DNA of 64,000 nt from Lama guanicoe. Taxonomy: Eukaryota. Position 1 is the stretch's first letter; each line of letters begins with the position of its first letter. Made by a program: the position numbers and the translations under genes. This document shows, in pieces, positions 50,836-62,630 of this stretch. The stretch lies in the NCBI GenBank assembly GCA_013239625.1, contig MU053873.1, positions 2,122,524 to 2,186,523 of the forward strand, given 5' to 3'. Under the pieces are notes generated by a model. It ran no database searches. It saw only the letters and a list, made by a program, of their open reading frames with translations, and was not told where the DNA came from.

Positions 50836-51149
50836 TCTGGAGGCTGAGATTTTTACCTCTGTGTGGCAAGGGGACTAAAGGGTGGGGGGAATAAAACTAA
50901 ACCAAAAAAGCCCCTTAATTCTTACAAGAGGAGAATAGACTATGGCAGACCCTCCCCCCTTCCCAGAAAAACAAAACAGATCAGATGCCTTAATTTCCAT
51001 TTCCGTCAATGTAACCAGAGGGGATTTTATTGTTTTATGGTTTCATTTAGAGTCTTTATCCTGTGCCTTTTTTCTTTTTTTTATTTAAATACTTGACATC
51101 ATATTTGCTGTGTAATTCGTGTCTCTTTTTCCCTTTCAATTACTATTAT

Positions 51150-51810
51150 GTTACAATTATGTTTCCACGTTGTTACTCATTTTTGTAAACATTTCAATGG
51201 CTGCATAATATTCTCGCCTGTAGATAAGTCAGGATTCATTTTTCACTTTCCCTTGGGTAGACGTTTAGGCCTTTGCCTGTTTAGGGGCTCATACGTAACG
51301 TTCCAGGGTGCGTCCTCTTCTCTGTGTTGTTTTCCTTCGATCCCCAAGGTGTGCCCTCAGGAGCTGGCACCCAGGGCCAGGGCAGGCCCTTTTGTGAAGA
51401 GCTTGGAAGGCAGCACAACATTACTTCAGAGACATCCTGCCTCGTGTTACATCCCCACCGGGGACATGTTACATCCCCACTGGGGACATGTTACATCCCC
51501 CCCGGGAACATGTTACTTTCCCACCGAGAACATGCTACTCTCCCACTGGGAACATGTTACATCCTCACCCGGAACATGTTACTTTCCCACCGGGAACATG
51601 TTACTCTCCCACCGGGTACACGAGGGGCCCTTCTCACCACACCCTGATTTTCACAGACAAGTCACCTTAACAGCAACAGCAACATTTTCTAAGAAAATTA
51701 AATGCTTGAAATGTTCATTGCTTTCATTCTCTTTTTCTCTGATTCCCATCAAGTCTGAGCTGTCCCCATATGTTTGTCAACCAAGTACACTTCCACTTTG
51801 TGACAAGTCT
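51150..51810 (-). mobile_element. Very old L1 (L1ME-like) fragment hosting a minisatellite
   Basis: aatggctgcataatattc...gtagacgtttaggc and tactctcccacc...gaggggcccttctcaccacaccctg resemble antisense L1 3' sequence. Confidence 0.5.
51445..51620 (+). repeat. 22-bp minisatellite, 8 units, consensus TGTTAC(A/T)(T/C)(C/T)CCCACCGGGAACA
   Basis: Units start at 51445, 51467, 51489, 51511, 51533, 51555, 51577 and 51599 with no indels. Confidence 0.95.
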
Positions 51811-52449
51811 CTTTATGGGAGGAATAGTCTTGTTAAAATAGAATTCGAAAAATATTCAGAAGCAAGAAATGAAGATGGAAACTAGAAAGCAGGCAGCAGA
51901 CCCAGAGACTGTGCCCCCGCAGGCTGATTTCACTCCCCTCTTTGGATGCCAAAGCTGCTGATGCCCTGCCGCGGGCACGGGTCTAAGGTGGAACAGGGAC
52001 TGGGAAGATGAAGATATGGACGGGGACCCCACATGGAGATGGCCCTTAAGTTGGAGCCGAGAGGATGGCTCATCAAGGGATGCGACCCACTTGCCATCCA
52101 GAATCCAGCTCCCTCCCGTTGCAGGCGCAGACACAGGCCTTTATGCCCCGCTGTGCTCTGGGCTGTGATAGGATTGCCCCGGGGCTAAGGGGGTACAGGG
52201 CAGACCCTGACACGGACTAGGGGGCTGGGGGTGCAGAGAGGCAGCCCTGTTGTTGAGCCTTTACATACACTGTTCCCTCTGCTTGGAACACTCTTCCCGG
52301 GATCCATGCAAGGTCCTCATCGTGGACATCTTGGCCCAGACATCACCACCTCAAGGAGGCCACCCATGATTGCTCTTCAGACTCTCCCTTCCGAGACCCT
52401 CTCTTCTTCCTTCACGGCTCTGAGCTGAGCCTGAAGTATCCCTGAACCC

Positions 52450-52610
52450 TACGCCTTGATCCTCTGAGGAGCTTTCAAAATATACTGATGCCTGGACTCC
52501 GCCCCAGACTAATTAAATCAGGACCTCCGAGGGGTGGGTGGGGGCCTGGGTTTGTCCTAAAAGCTCCCCAGGGGATTCTAATGTGCAGCCAGGGCTAGAA
52601 CCACGGCTGT
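52450..52610. mobile_element. MER5A/B-like hAT-Charlie MITE
   Basis: ggagctttcaaaatatactgatgcctggactccgccccagactaattaaatcag...aaaagctccccaggggattctaatgtgcagccagggctagaaccac. Confidence 0.85.
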
Positions 52611-53049
52611 AGGAGGTGGCTCATTTATCGCATATTTGTCACCTGCCACCAGCCCCCCACCAGCCGCCACCCCCTAATGAGAGCTTCACAAATGGCAGCA
52701 GTGGTACTTCATACCCTGAGCTCTGCCGTCGGACGCCAGCACCTCGCCCGGCACTTTTGTCCTATGCAGTGTGTTTTGAGGGAATGATTTTTCAACATAG
52801 GCCCCAAGAGACGACAATTCAGCCACCACATAGCGATGTCCCCATTTTTCAGATTGGGCATCTGAAGGCTGGACACCGGAAGCGGCGTGGCCACCATTCC
52901 CAGCTCGGATTGGAGGAGCGTCGCCAGCAAACGTTGGGGAAGGGAGGGGACTGCACCCCTGCCAATTCAAAGACTAAACCACGGAGATTTGAAAACAATG
53001 GCAGGGAATTCAGCCGACTTGGCCTCTCTCTCTTTGGAAGGAAGAAATA

Positions 53050-53500
53050 AAAAGACGGCATGTCTTTAAGGCATCGAATGTGGGAAAAAAAAAAAAGGAG
53101 GCACTTCATCCAGCGCCCCTCCTGGGCTTGTCTGTATTCCTGCAGCAGCCCGGCCCGCATAAACATTCGGCACGCAGCACTTGCAGACACTTTTTAATAG
53201 AATCGCTTAAAACAATTAATTACCAGAGTTTTCATTCAAGCTGCGGTGCAAAAGATACGCCGGCAATAAAAGGCATTTATCCGCGGGTTTCTCGAGGCCT
53301 GTTTGTTATTAAGATGTAAATTAAATCATCACAGATGTTCCATTTTTTAATCTAGGCCTGGGAAGATCGGGACCGAGTGTGGCCTAAACGGGTTGATTTC
53401 ATTACCCGCACATTCATTAGAAACTCACCGTCTTATTCGATATCATTTTTCTTGGGTGCCGACCCCCCTTCCTTAAACAAATTATCAGGATAATTTGTTC
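53050..53500. promoter_or_regulatory. Candidate enhancer/CNE, AT-rich but CpG-retaining
   Basis: aacaattaattac, caataaaa and gtaaattaaatca motifs plus many CpGs; no repeat signature. Confidence 0.45.
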
Positions 53501-53999
53501 ATTTCCCTTTCTGTTTGTTCTCAGCTCTCACCAGCCCCGGGGTGGGGGCCGGGGGCCCCTGGGCGAGGGGCTCTGTTTGTTCGGGGTCCTCTGGGGATGG
53601 TTGGCCCTGCCAGAGGTAGAGGAGACACCGCATCTTCTCCAGGGGTGGAGTTGGGGGGGATCATCTGGAAATTCCTGGAAAATAGCTCCCTCCCCTAGTA
53701 GAGTTTGCATGGTGGGTGGGGTTGAGAACCCAGGCTCTGGCTCATAAAGAGTTTAATTTCTGAGTCAGAAGGAACCATCTCTTCCCAGCACAGAGTCTCC
53801 CCTCTCTACCCTGGTCGCCATCCAAAGTTACTCTATAGCTTTTGCTTCATTTTTTTGCTTTCAGTCTGGGCTGTCAACCCCGTGAGGGTCAGGGCTGCCT
53901 CTGTCTGTTCACTGTGTGCTCAGAGCCTAGCCCAGTGCCTGGCATGGAATAAGGTCTCAATTAGTAAATGAATACATCTTAAGGGTTACTATTAAAACG

Positions 54000-54200
54000 C
54001 CCGGCCTGGTGCTCCACACAGCAATCTCATTTAACCCCCAGCAACTTAGACAAGAGACAGTGTTGTGATCACCCCCATTATAACATGAATTCACCATGTT
54101 GTAGAGAAGGGCAGGGTTTTGCCCTAGGTCATGACTGGTAGGTGGAAGGGTTGGGATTTGAACCCAGGCCCGGCTGGTTCCCAGTCGCTGTGACTTAATT
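54000..54200 (-). mobile_element. MIR SINE
   Basis: atctcatttaacccccagcaac...ttgccctaggtcatgactggtaggtggaagggttgggatttgaacccaggc. Confidence 0.75.
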
Positions 54201-54446
54201 CCTCGCTGTTCTACAGGTGGGCCCTGGGTGTTGAGTCCAAAACTCACTGGAGGGTTTAACACAAATCTATTTGGTGCCAAGCACCATGCGAGGCACGGGA
54301 AGTGCTCGGCACAGCCCAGGAGGCCCTGGGAAGAGTGCAGGCATCACCGCGTCACCCTGAGCATCCTTTCGGCACCACCCAGGGTGCCTGTTTCGTAGAC
54401 GTGGTAGCTGACATGCAACCACAGAACGCATACGTAGGCTGAGATG

Positions 54447-54614
54447 CAGGACCAGCCACACAATTCGCAGGGCCCGATGCAACCTGAAAATGTGGGCCTC
54501 TTCTTCAAAAATTATATGAATTTCAAGAGCAAGGCAGCAGAATGATAAGCCAAGGGCAGGGTACCTTGGTGCCCTGAGTGACGGCAGAGCTGGCAGGCCC
54601 ACGAGTTGGCCCTG
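54447..54614. mobile_element. MER45A-like hAT-Tip100 MITE, full length
   Basis: Terminal inverted repeats caggaccagc / gttggccctg; flanking 8-mers ctgagatg / ctgagacc (6/8, hAT-type target-site duplication); internal gaaaatgtgggcctcttcttcaaaaattatatgaatttcaaga. Confidence 0.8.
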
Positions 54615-55959
54615 CTGAGACCCCCGGCTCACTTTCCCAGTTCTTTCCACCATGTACTCAGAACCAAGATGATCCCAGGCAAGCCAGCTTCTAGGCTGCC
54701 CCACTCCACCTCCTTGACCCACCTTCCTTCTTGCCTTTCCCACAACTTCATCCCAGTTTCAGTTGAATCAACCCCCCCCCCGGAGCTTTGCGTGACACTC
54801 ATAAATCAGAGAGGATCAACCCACGTGGTCCCAGCTGTCATGCTCTCGGGTTATTTCCTTGTCTCTCCAACAGCCACGTGAAGTAGATGCTCCTATTCGC
54901 ATTGTGCAGGGCAGGAAACAGAGAGGTGGGGTGACTTGCTCAAGGGCACACAGCCAGTATGTTTCAGTCTTGCTGTCTGTGTCATCTGTATCTGTGGCAC
55001 TTGCTTCTTTTTAAAAATCATCCTTTGCAGAAGCTAAAGTGGAAGCCCAGGTGATTTGTCTGAGGTGGGGTGGATGTCTGATCGCTCTCCATCCCCAGGG
55101 AAGTCAGGAGGAGGATGGATGTGGTTTCCTAGAGGTATGTTCTTTGCCGAGTTCAAGCAGTTAGCAAGAGGCACATGACCTTGGATCTGCCAGCATCCCT
55201 GAACATGTTCTCCACCCAGAAGTCAGAAAGCGTTTGCTGGACCTCTTTGACATCTAATGCCACCCCTTGGGGTGGGGGCTAAAGTGCAATGTCAGACTCA
55301 TCCAGACCCTGACCTTACCCACGGGACCTGGGGGGTCGGAGACCATCATGGCAGGAGGGTCGAAAAGGGAGCAGCTGTGGGGACCCGAAGAGGGGAGGGC
55401 CCCCGCCTCGGGCTGCAGAGAGAAGACCATCCCTCAGAGGCACCGGCCCGACAGCCCCCTCCCGTCCGACGGTGCACTGTGTACAGGCGCAGCGGCCGCC
55501 TGCTGGGAAATGATCATTTTCTGCTTCCTGCCTGTGCAGGGGCTCATGTTTTCATCAAGTTCTAAAGAAAAACAATGGGGAAATATTGTGCCTTTTATCC
55601 CCCCCTGCGTGCTGGAGAAATTGCCTTTTTATGAAAGTCTTTTTTAGTTTCATGAATGTTTCACGGATTCTCAGGGCTGGGGGACCCCTTAACATCTAGC
55701 CTCAGGGCCCCCAACCTCCCTGCCTTCAGAAAGTTGAGAAACACTGGATTGGAGTTTGGAGAGTGAACAGGGCAAGTGGGAGACATTAGAGGGAGACACT
55801 CGGAGAAGATAGTTGAAACCATGCGTATGATGTCAGCTCCCACGAGGATATTAGAATGAGGCGGTCCGTCCCCCCCTTGACATCCAGAGAAAACTGGTGT
55901 CAGGCAAAAGGGCACAGGTCTAGTGAGCACGCAGCCCAGGTTTCCAGGCCTGTCTGTGC

Positions 55960-56110
55960 AGGCTGAGCGACCTTGGGGCACTGGCAGGACCTCTCTGAGC
56001 CTGTTTCCCCATCCATGAAATGTGACGGCCGGCTCCACCACGTGGGGCGTGATGAGGATTAAATGAGGGGCTGCTTATAAAGCCCCCAGCATGGTGCTGG
56101 CACACAGCAC
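55960..56110 (+). mobile_element. MIR SINE
   Basis: gaccttggggcac...cctctctgagcctgtttccccatccatgaaatg...gatgaggattaaatgag...ctggcacacag. Confidence 0.8.
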
Positions 56111-57930
56111 GCTCTCCACACAGGACAATTTGCCACCCACCCACCTCATTTCCCTTTAAGTCATTTGGCGACAAAAAATAAATCTCATGAGATTAAAATC
56201 TCTTTTTTACCCATCCCCTCCCTCCCCCAATTGGGTGCATGCTGAATGTATAAATAGTTGGAAAAAAACGCTTGGCCACATTCCTGCATAATTGCACCGT
56301 GCAGTTATTAAAGGTAAAACACCTGCCGAACGACACCCAGTGGGCGTCTGCCCCCAGGTCCCATCCCTGGGTGTCAGGGTCGGCTCATGTGTGGCGGACA
56401 CCAGGAAAGGCAGCCCCGGCTGTGGTCCGCCCGGCCAAAGGCCTTTACTGTTGTGCAGAGGTCATGGAAGGAGTCACATGTTTTCTCATTGATTCCCCCT
56501 CCCGTTTTTTTTTTTCAAAATTGAGATCTTCACGACGAATTCAGTTTTTTAAGTCACAACCTTAAAGAATAAAGTATGCACACACACACACGTGCACACA
56601 CGTATAGGCACACACCTGCACACACGTATACACATACATGGACTCACATCTATTTTATTACATATATGTGATAAAATATATTTTAAATCCTTGGTAAGAT
56701 TTTGGTACAAACGGGTCTCTTTCTCATTGTTCTTAGTCACCCTGCTTAGCTTCAAAGTCCCTGCAAGTCGCACAACTAAGACAATTCAGCTAAGAACAAA
56801 GCAGCGAGAAAAAGCAAATTAGCAAGGAGTAATAAAAAATAGAATCAGACCACACGAGCATACTTTTTTTTTTCAGAACTGTCTTTCCTGGGAGCGATGT
56901 CACTATGAATTCTGCTCCTTTGAGGGCACCGCGCAGGAATCATTCATTTGGTTCATAAATGAAGTCCCGTTTGAGAGTTTTATTTCAGTGTTCAGAGTAA
57001 GGATGTATTTGGTCAACATGAAGAAAATTTCCATACAAAGTTTATTCATCTTGCTTTTTAAAAATCAATTCATTTTCTTTTTGCCCAGGTTTCTAGAAAG
57101 TTCCAAGCAGGACTTTACTTCCAGTGCCCAAAATATATTGTCTATTTTATTTATTTTTCTTTAAACTTTTGGATTCCTATAGCTATTTGTCGTGTGGTAT
57201 GATTCTTTTCATTTTTCTAAAGGAGTTTCTGAAATCATTTTCCCCCAACATAATGGGGTACAAATGCTATTTTATAAGGCAGAAGACCAGGCATCGCATT
57301 TCTCTTTGCTTTTTAATGTTCAGCTTAGTTGGTGTTTATGGTTAGGTCTTATGCACCCCACCTCACACAACGCCCTAAAAGATTTATGTAATAAGGACTC
57401 TATGTCAAAGTATCTTTCTCTGAGGAGGTCATCCAAATGGGGACATAATATGCCTCTGAAGTCACTGGAAGTTCATATAGTATAAATATATTTTTATATA
57501 AATAGCATTAGCTCTCTGAGAAGCTGGGAGACTGCCTCCACCCAAAGGGTGAAGTGTCCTTTGACCTCCATTGGGCCCATGGCACTGGGGAGGGGGCACA
57601 GATAGATTGATTTGGGTGCTGGACCCAGCCAACTTGGGGACGCTTAGGGTTCTGCAGAAAGGAGAAGACCCAAGTTCTCTCTGCTGCTGGTCCACTGCTT
57701 TTGCTCCTCCCCAGGGCCACCGGGGAGCTCAGAGAGGATTTGCAGCCCCATTCCAAGTCATCCTAATTCCATTCTGAAGGGTAGAGAGGACAAACTCATG
57801 GGGATCTGGGCACCTCCCCTTGCTCTTTGGGTCTAGATCCCCCTGGATCTGGCTGACAACCGCCAGCAGTGATGCTCATGGAAATGCCCGCGTGTCTCTG
57901 ACACCCTGGGCAGGGCTCTCCCTCGTCTCT

Positions 57931-57996
57931 CCCCTTTCATTCCATTTATCTTTCTCTCTCCCCTTTCATTCCATTTATCTTTCTCTCTCCCCTTTC
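57931..57996 (+). repeat. Perfect 29-bp tandem duplication inside a CT-rich tract
   Basis: cccctttcattccatttatctttctctct at 57931-57959 and 57960-57988, then a partial third copy. Confidence 0.9.
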
Positions 57997-58151
57997 TCAC
58001 TCCCGAGCCCCTTCTCTATTGGATTTCCTCTCTTCCTTCTCTCTTTCTTTTTCTTTCCTTCTGTCTCAGCCATTTCCTTTGTTCCCTTTTCTCCCTTTCC
58101 TCTGGCTACTCTACTCCCCTCCCTCACATCTGTCTTCTTTGCCCTGCCTGG

Positions 58152-58153
<2 letters not shown>

Positions 58154-58184
<31 letters not shown>
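58154..58184 (+). repeat. (AC)15 microsatellite
   Basis: Perfect dinucleotide run. Confidence 0.95.
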
Positions 58185-58185
<1 letters not shown>

Positions 58186-59039
58186 GCATGCGTACTTCCT
58201 TGAAAACATGGCCACGTTCTTGAGAAGACTCAGAACCAAACATTTTGTGCCTTTGGTCTGTATTGAAGGCACTGTGTCCTTACCAACCTGATACACCAAA
58301 ACAAACAAACAAACAAAAAACCCTCAGAAAACAAAAAAGAAAAAAAATGAATGCAGCCAAGCTCTCTGACACCGAACACGGGGTGTGAGGCACCAGGAGG
58401 GTCTTATATTGATCTGCTTGAGGGGGAACCACCTCCCCTCCCAGACCTGTCAGCGTTTCAGATGGTCCTGAAGGACCTAGGAGACGGGGAACAAAGACGC
58501 CTCTCCAGGCTGCCTGACATCCCACGTTAAGCAAAGGGACAGGTCTGGCTGGATTTTCTGAGGGCCAAGGCTCCTGGGTGGCGGAAGGTCATGCAGTTTG
58601 TGATTTCAAAAGATGGGAGGGGAGGCGGCAGCAAAGGATAGCCCGGATGGGGAGGTGGGGGGCACCTGTGGGGAATCTGCCCGAGGCTGGAGACCCCAGT
58701 GCCTCATGCTGGGCTGGGTGACTGGCTCCCTGTCCTTCATGTTTTCTTTACATGCAGGGCTGTCACCTCTCCTGCATCCGAGTGGGGCCCCACTCTCTGC
58801 TCCAGGGACTCTCCAGGTGTTGGGGAGCAGGTGGGGATGGGGAAGATTAATAGGCAAGCCTGGATCTGCCAGCTGGGCTCACTGTCAAGCCTCCTCATTC
58901 ATTTCTTCAACAAACATTCATTATGCACCTTCTGTATACAAGTTACTGGGCAGACAGCAGTGAATAATGACAGGGACCTGGTGCTCAAGTATAGCTGAGG
59001 GGACAATTTCAAGAGGGCACGAAGGAGCTCTGCAAGTAA

Positions 59040-59500
59040 CCTGGACACAATGAACCAGCAATCCCACTTCAAGGTGCACACTCCACATTCATGCCTCCAT
59101 AGTGGTCGTGACAGCAGTGGAACAGAGACATCAGCGGTGGTCCACCCACGTGACAGAACCCTATCCGGTAGCACAACGCGTGATCTACCACTACCCGCCA
59201 GAGCACCGATGAACCTCCCACTGAAGGTGACACACAGAAGAGAGAGTGGTTCCTGTACGGTTCTGTTTCTTAAAAATCAAGAAACCAATCAACGTGGGGG
59301 TCCCGGGCAGGGTAGGAGTTACCCTTGGGGGTGTTGAATGGAATGGGGTGCATGGCGGAGCTGCTAGGGTGCAGATTGTATTTTATTTCTTAACTCTGGG
59401 TGTGCTGACTTTGTGAACCTTCTTTGAGTTGTGCACATTACGCTATGTTCCTTTTTCATGCTTTCGTAGCTTACATTTTGATTTAAATGTGTTACTAAGG
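59040..59500 (+). mobile_element. Old L1 (L1MC/L1ME-like) 3' fragment
   Basis: atgaaccagcaatcccacttc...gattgtattttatttcttaactctgggtgtgctgac. Confidence 0.55.
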
Positions 59501-60055
59501 AAAAGTAGATGACGGTGTCTTTCGAGAGCATGGCGGGCTGAGTTCTGTAAACCCCCCCCTCCCCCCAGTACAAACACACAGAATTCTGGACACAATATAG
59601 TCATAAAATAATAGCCACAATGATAAAAATGTCCCTAGGATGATGGAAGAAGAAAACTCCCCAGGATCTAGAAACAAAGACAGAAATGGAAGACTGAATC
59701 TTAAGGGAAGTAGACATGAAAGCAGTCTGCCATGGTCAGAGCAGATAAAGACCCCTGAGGTCTGGGGTCCTAACACCACAGGGGACCAGAGCCATGACAA
59801 GATAGAAGGCTCAGAAAAACCCTCCCTCACTGCCTCCACTCCCATCCTGGAGAAGTGGGATCACACAGGCTAAAAAAATCCCCCCCCCCACTAGCTCCAA
59901 GAGAACACTTATCACAGTCAGTTATTTTGTTTGTTTACTCGTTTGTTTCTTCTTTTCTCCCCATTAGACCCTCAGCTCCATGAGGACAGTGCCTTGAGTC
60001 TTGCTCAAGGCTGGATTCCCAGTGCCTGGAATCAGACCAGGTCCTGAGTTGTTCG

Positions 60056-60168
60056 TAGGGTGACCAACTGTCTGGTTCTCCTGGGACTGTCCTGAGTTTA
60101 GCACTGAAAGTCCTATGTCCCAGGAAACCCTTGAGCCTCTGGCACACAGGAATGACTGGACACCTTAC
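60056..60168. mobile_element. MER81-like hAT-Blackjack MITE
   Basis: tagggtgaccaactgtc...gggactgtcctgagtttagcactgaaagtcctatgtcccaggaaaccc...ggacacctta (inverted ends). Confidence 0.8.
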
Positions 60169-60984
60169 CTGTTAGAATGTATCCATTTTGAAATGAAAAA
60201 CACCCCTGTTAAATTTCAGTACCTAGTCTGAGAAAATAGCCACTATTATTTAAATAGAACTTCACATCTTTCCTAAGCTCCTTTTACATAAATGATCTTA
60301 AAATTAGGGCTTAGGAAAACCTGGATAGTAGGTGTAATTATTTAGACACACTGTTGGATCTCCAGACCCTTCAAGAGCAGGGGGCCCTCAACTTCTCGCA
60401 GGGGTCCTGTTCCACAGCGGCCTGAGAAGAAGCTGGAAGAGACAGGGTCCTCCTGCTCTTCCTAACTGCTGAACTCTGGCCGAAGCAGGCTTTGGATAAC
60501 TTTCTCATTTTGTAAAAACGGTGTCAGCCAAGAAATCACAACAACAGAAGGATAAAAGGCCAGGAGAATTGCTTTATTAACTGAGCTAAAAGGCCCAGTA
60601 GGTGAGAGAGCCTTGCTAACTATCACGTAATTAGCCATCCTGGAGGCCTTCTTTGTCCAAGGTCTCAGAGCGAAGTCCCTCTTGGTCACAGGTAAGCAGC
60701 CCGCTTTCCAACCAGCACTCTAATTGCCTGATTGGGGGCTCACACATCTGCTGGGAGCAGACCTGCACGGTCAGGGAGGTTGAATGCAGCCACACGGTTC
60801 CAGGGGACCTGGCTGCCTGGGTCAGCTGGATGGAGTGTTTGTCCTGGGCTGGGTGCTCCAAAGTGTGTGCAGCCAGGAGAGGGGGGTTTAGTCCTTCAAG
60901 ACAGTGCCACTCCAGTCCACAGTTCTCCCTGGCTCCCCACGTCCTTCTGAAATATCCAGACCAGACTAGCAGTTTCCCAGCATG

Positions 60985-61125
60985 AATGCTCTTTCCCAAC
61001 AGTTTTGTTAAAATGCAGGTTCTGATGTGGGAGATCTGGGTTGGGCCACCATTCTGCTTTTCAGCAAGCTTCCAGCGGACGGGGATGCTACTGGTCCATG
61101 AATCGCACTGTAAGGAGCAGGGCTT
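60985..61125. mobile_element. MER5A-like MITE fragment
   Basis: ttgttaaaatgcaggttctgatgtgggagatctgggttgggcc...ctgcttttcagcaagcttccag...gatgctactggtccatgaatcgcac. Confidence 0.7.
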
Positions 61126-61384
61126 CGAGACATACCTGGATGGACTTGGGAAGCAGGTCAAAATGGGCATTATGCCTGGCTGCCCTTCAGTCTTGATCCA
61201 GAAGCTCCTGTTCCTGGCATCCTGGGCTGCTTGCAGTGGGGGCAGAGGGCCCTTTGGTGATGGAAATTCCAAATGACACATCACCCCTCATGGCCCAAGT
61301 CTGCACTCCTCACAGACCCCACGATGGCATCTCATGAATATTTGCTGAGCTGCTCAGATATGCAGCGGGGAGAACCAATAATAA

Positions 61385-61414
61385 AGAGGAGAGAGGGAGA
61401 GAGACACAGGGAGA

Positions 61415-61460
<46 letters not shown>
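61385..61460 (+). repeat. (GA)n microsatellite
   Basis: Pure (GA)19 at 61419-61456 with a degenerate 5' extension. Confidence 0.95.
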
Positions 61461-61559
61461 AACCCAGACTTCCCTTTACATCTCAGAGACAGGACAGAGT
61501 AAGAGGATGCTGGTTCGACAGGGATCTGGTTGGAGAGCGCGAGCTTTTCCAGGGGGATA

Positions 61560-61770
61560 AAGGGAACAGCTTCTTGTATAATGAGATTGACTCTTAAATT
61601 GAAAGTGTTAGCGCCTGCGCTGCCGTTCAGACCCCCCTGCTGTGCGTTTATTCCCAAGGCTCTAACATTAAGACATCGTACATACAAGCTGGGAGCATTC
61701 AATTAGGTTTTCTGTTATTAATCAGTCAATTAAGCTGCAATCTCGGGGTTATACATTTTCACTCTTAAAG
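61560..61770. promoter_or_regulatory. Candidate enhancer/CNE
   Basis: caattag and tattaatcagtcaattaag motifs in non-repeat AT-rich sequence. Confidence 0.3.
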
Positions 61771-62630
61771 AGGTGAGAAGCATGCCGGGGCCCCCGATGT
61801 GGTTTGGAATGCCAGCATGGTCTGGAGGGAGAGGCCGGGGGCCTGAGGATGCCGCCAGGAGAGGAGAGAGGATGGGATAGGGTTAGCAAGAGAGACTGGG
61901 ACCTCTGGGCAGCGTGGGTGTTTCGGTTCTGGGGGCTTCTGGGAGGATGACGGTTTGAGGTTTTTCTCATGGAGGAAATGACACCTGGAGACCAGGCAGA
62001 AGCAGGACCAGGGGCTGTGGAGTCCGGCAGACCTTGGAACCAGGTCTGGCAGGAGAAATACGTCTTTGCTACTCTGAGCCTCAGTTTTTCCATCTGCAAA
62101 ATTGGAAATTCTAATCCCTGTTCTTGATTTCTCCCTCTTTTGTGAGATGCAAGTCCAAGAGGGCATGGAAACGTGCTGTAAGCTACCACATGCTGGAGGG
62201 GGCATAAGGAGGTACCAGTGGCCGTGATGCACAACATATTACACTTATGTATAAATAGACTGAGGACAGCAATAGTCCCCTTGAATGTGCAAGACTATTA
62301 CATAGACTGAGTAGCAACTAAGTACCTGTACTTCCGTTAATAATTTCTTCAGATGGTCCCAAACAAAAGGAAGAGAGTATGCTCATCTGGGTGATACTTC
62401 TGAGCCTGCTCTAAGAGACAGTTCCTCAGATTCACAGCACCCCAAAATGTGATTCAGACTGTGATAACTCCGCAGGATTAAGGGAGGGGGGAGGATAAAG
62501 AGAGGGTCCTAAAATCTTTTCATTATGGACTCAAATTTTATTTGTATTTATAATGAGTTATCAACCAGAAGAAAGCTGTCAATTTGTCGATGACAATGGG
62601 TCCTTAAAGGGAACAGATAAGAACAGCTAA

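Noticed and set aside
51148..51885. Longest ORF (245 aa) with repeated HVT/TCY/GNML motifs
   Set aside because: The repeats are translations of the stop-free 22-bp minisatellite, which is open in all three + frames, and the flanks look like antisense L1 remnants.
60631..61284. 217-aa minus-strand ORF
   Set aside because: It runs through a MER5-like element, has no recognisable homology and shows no exon-like context.
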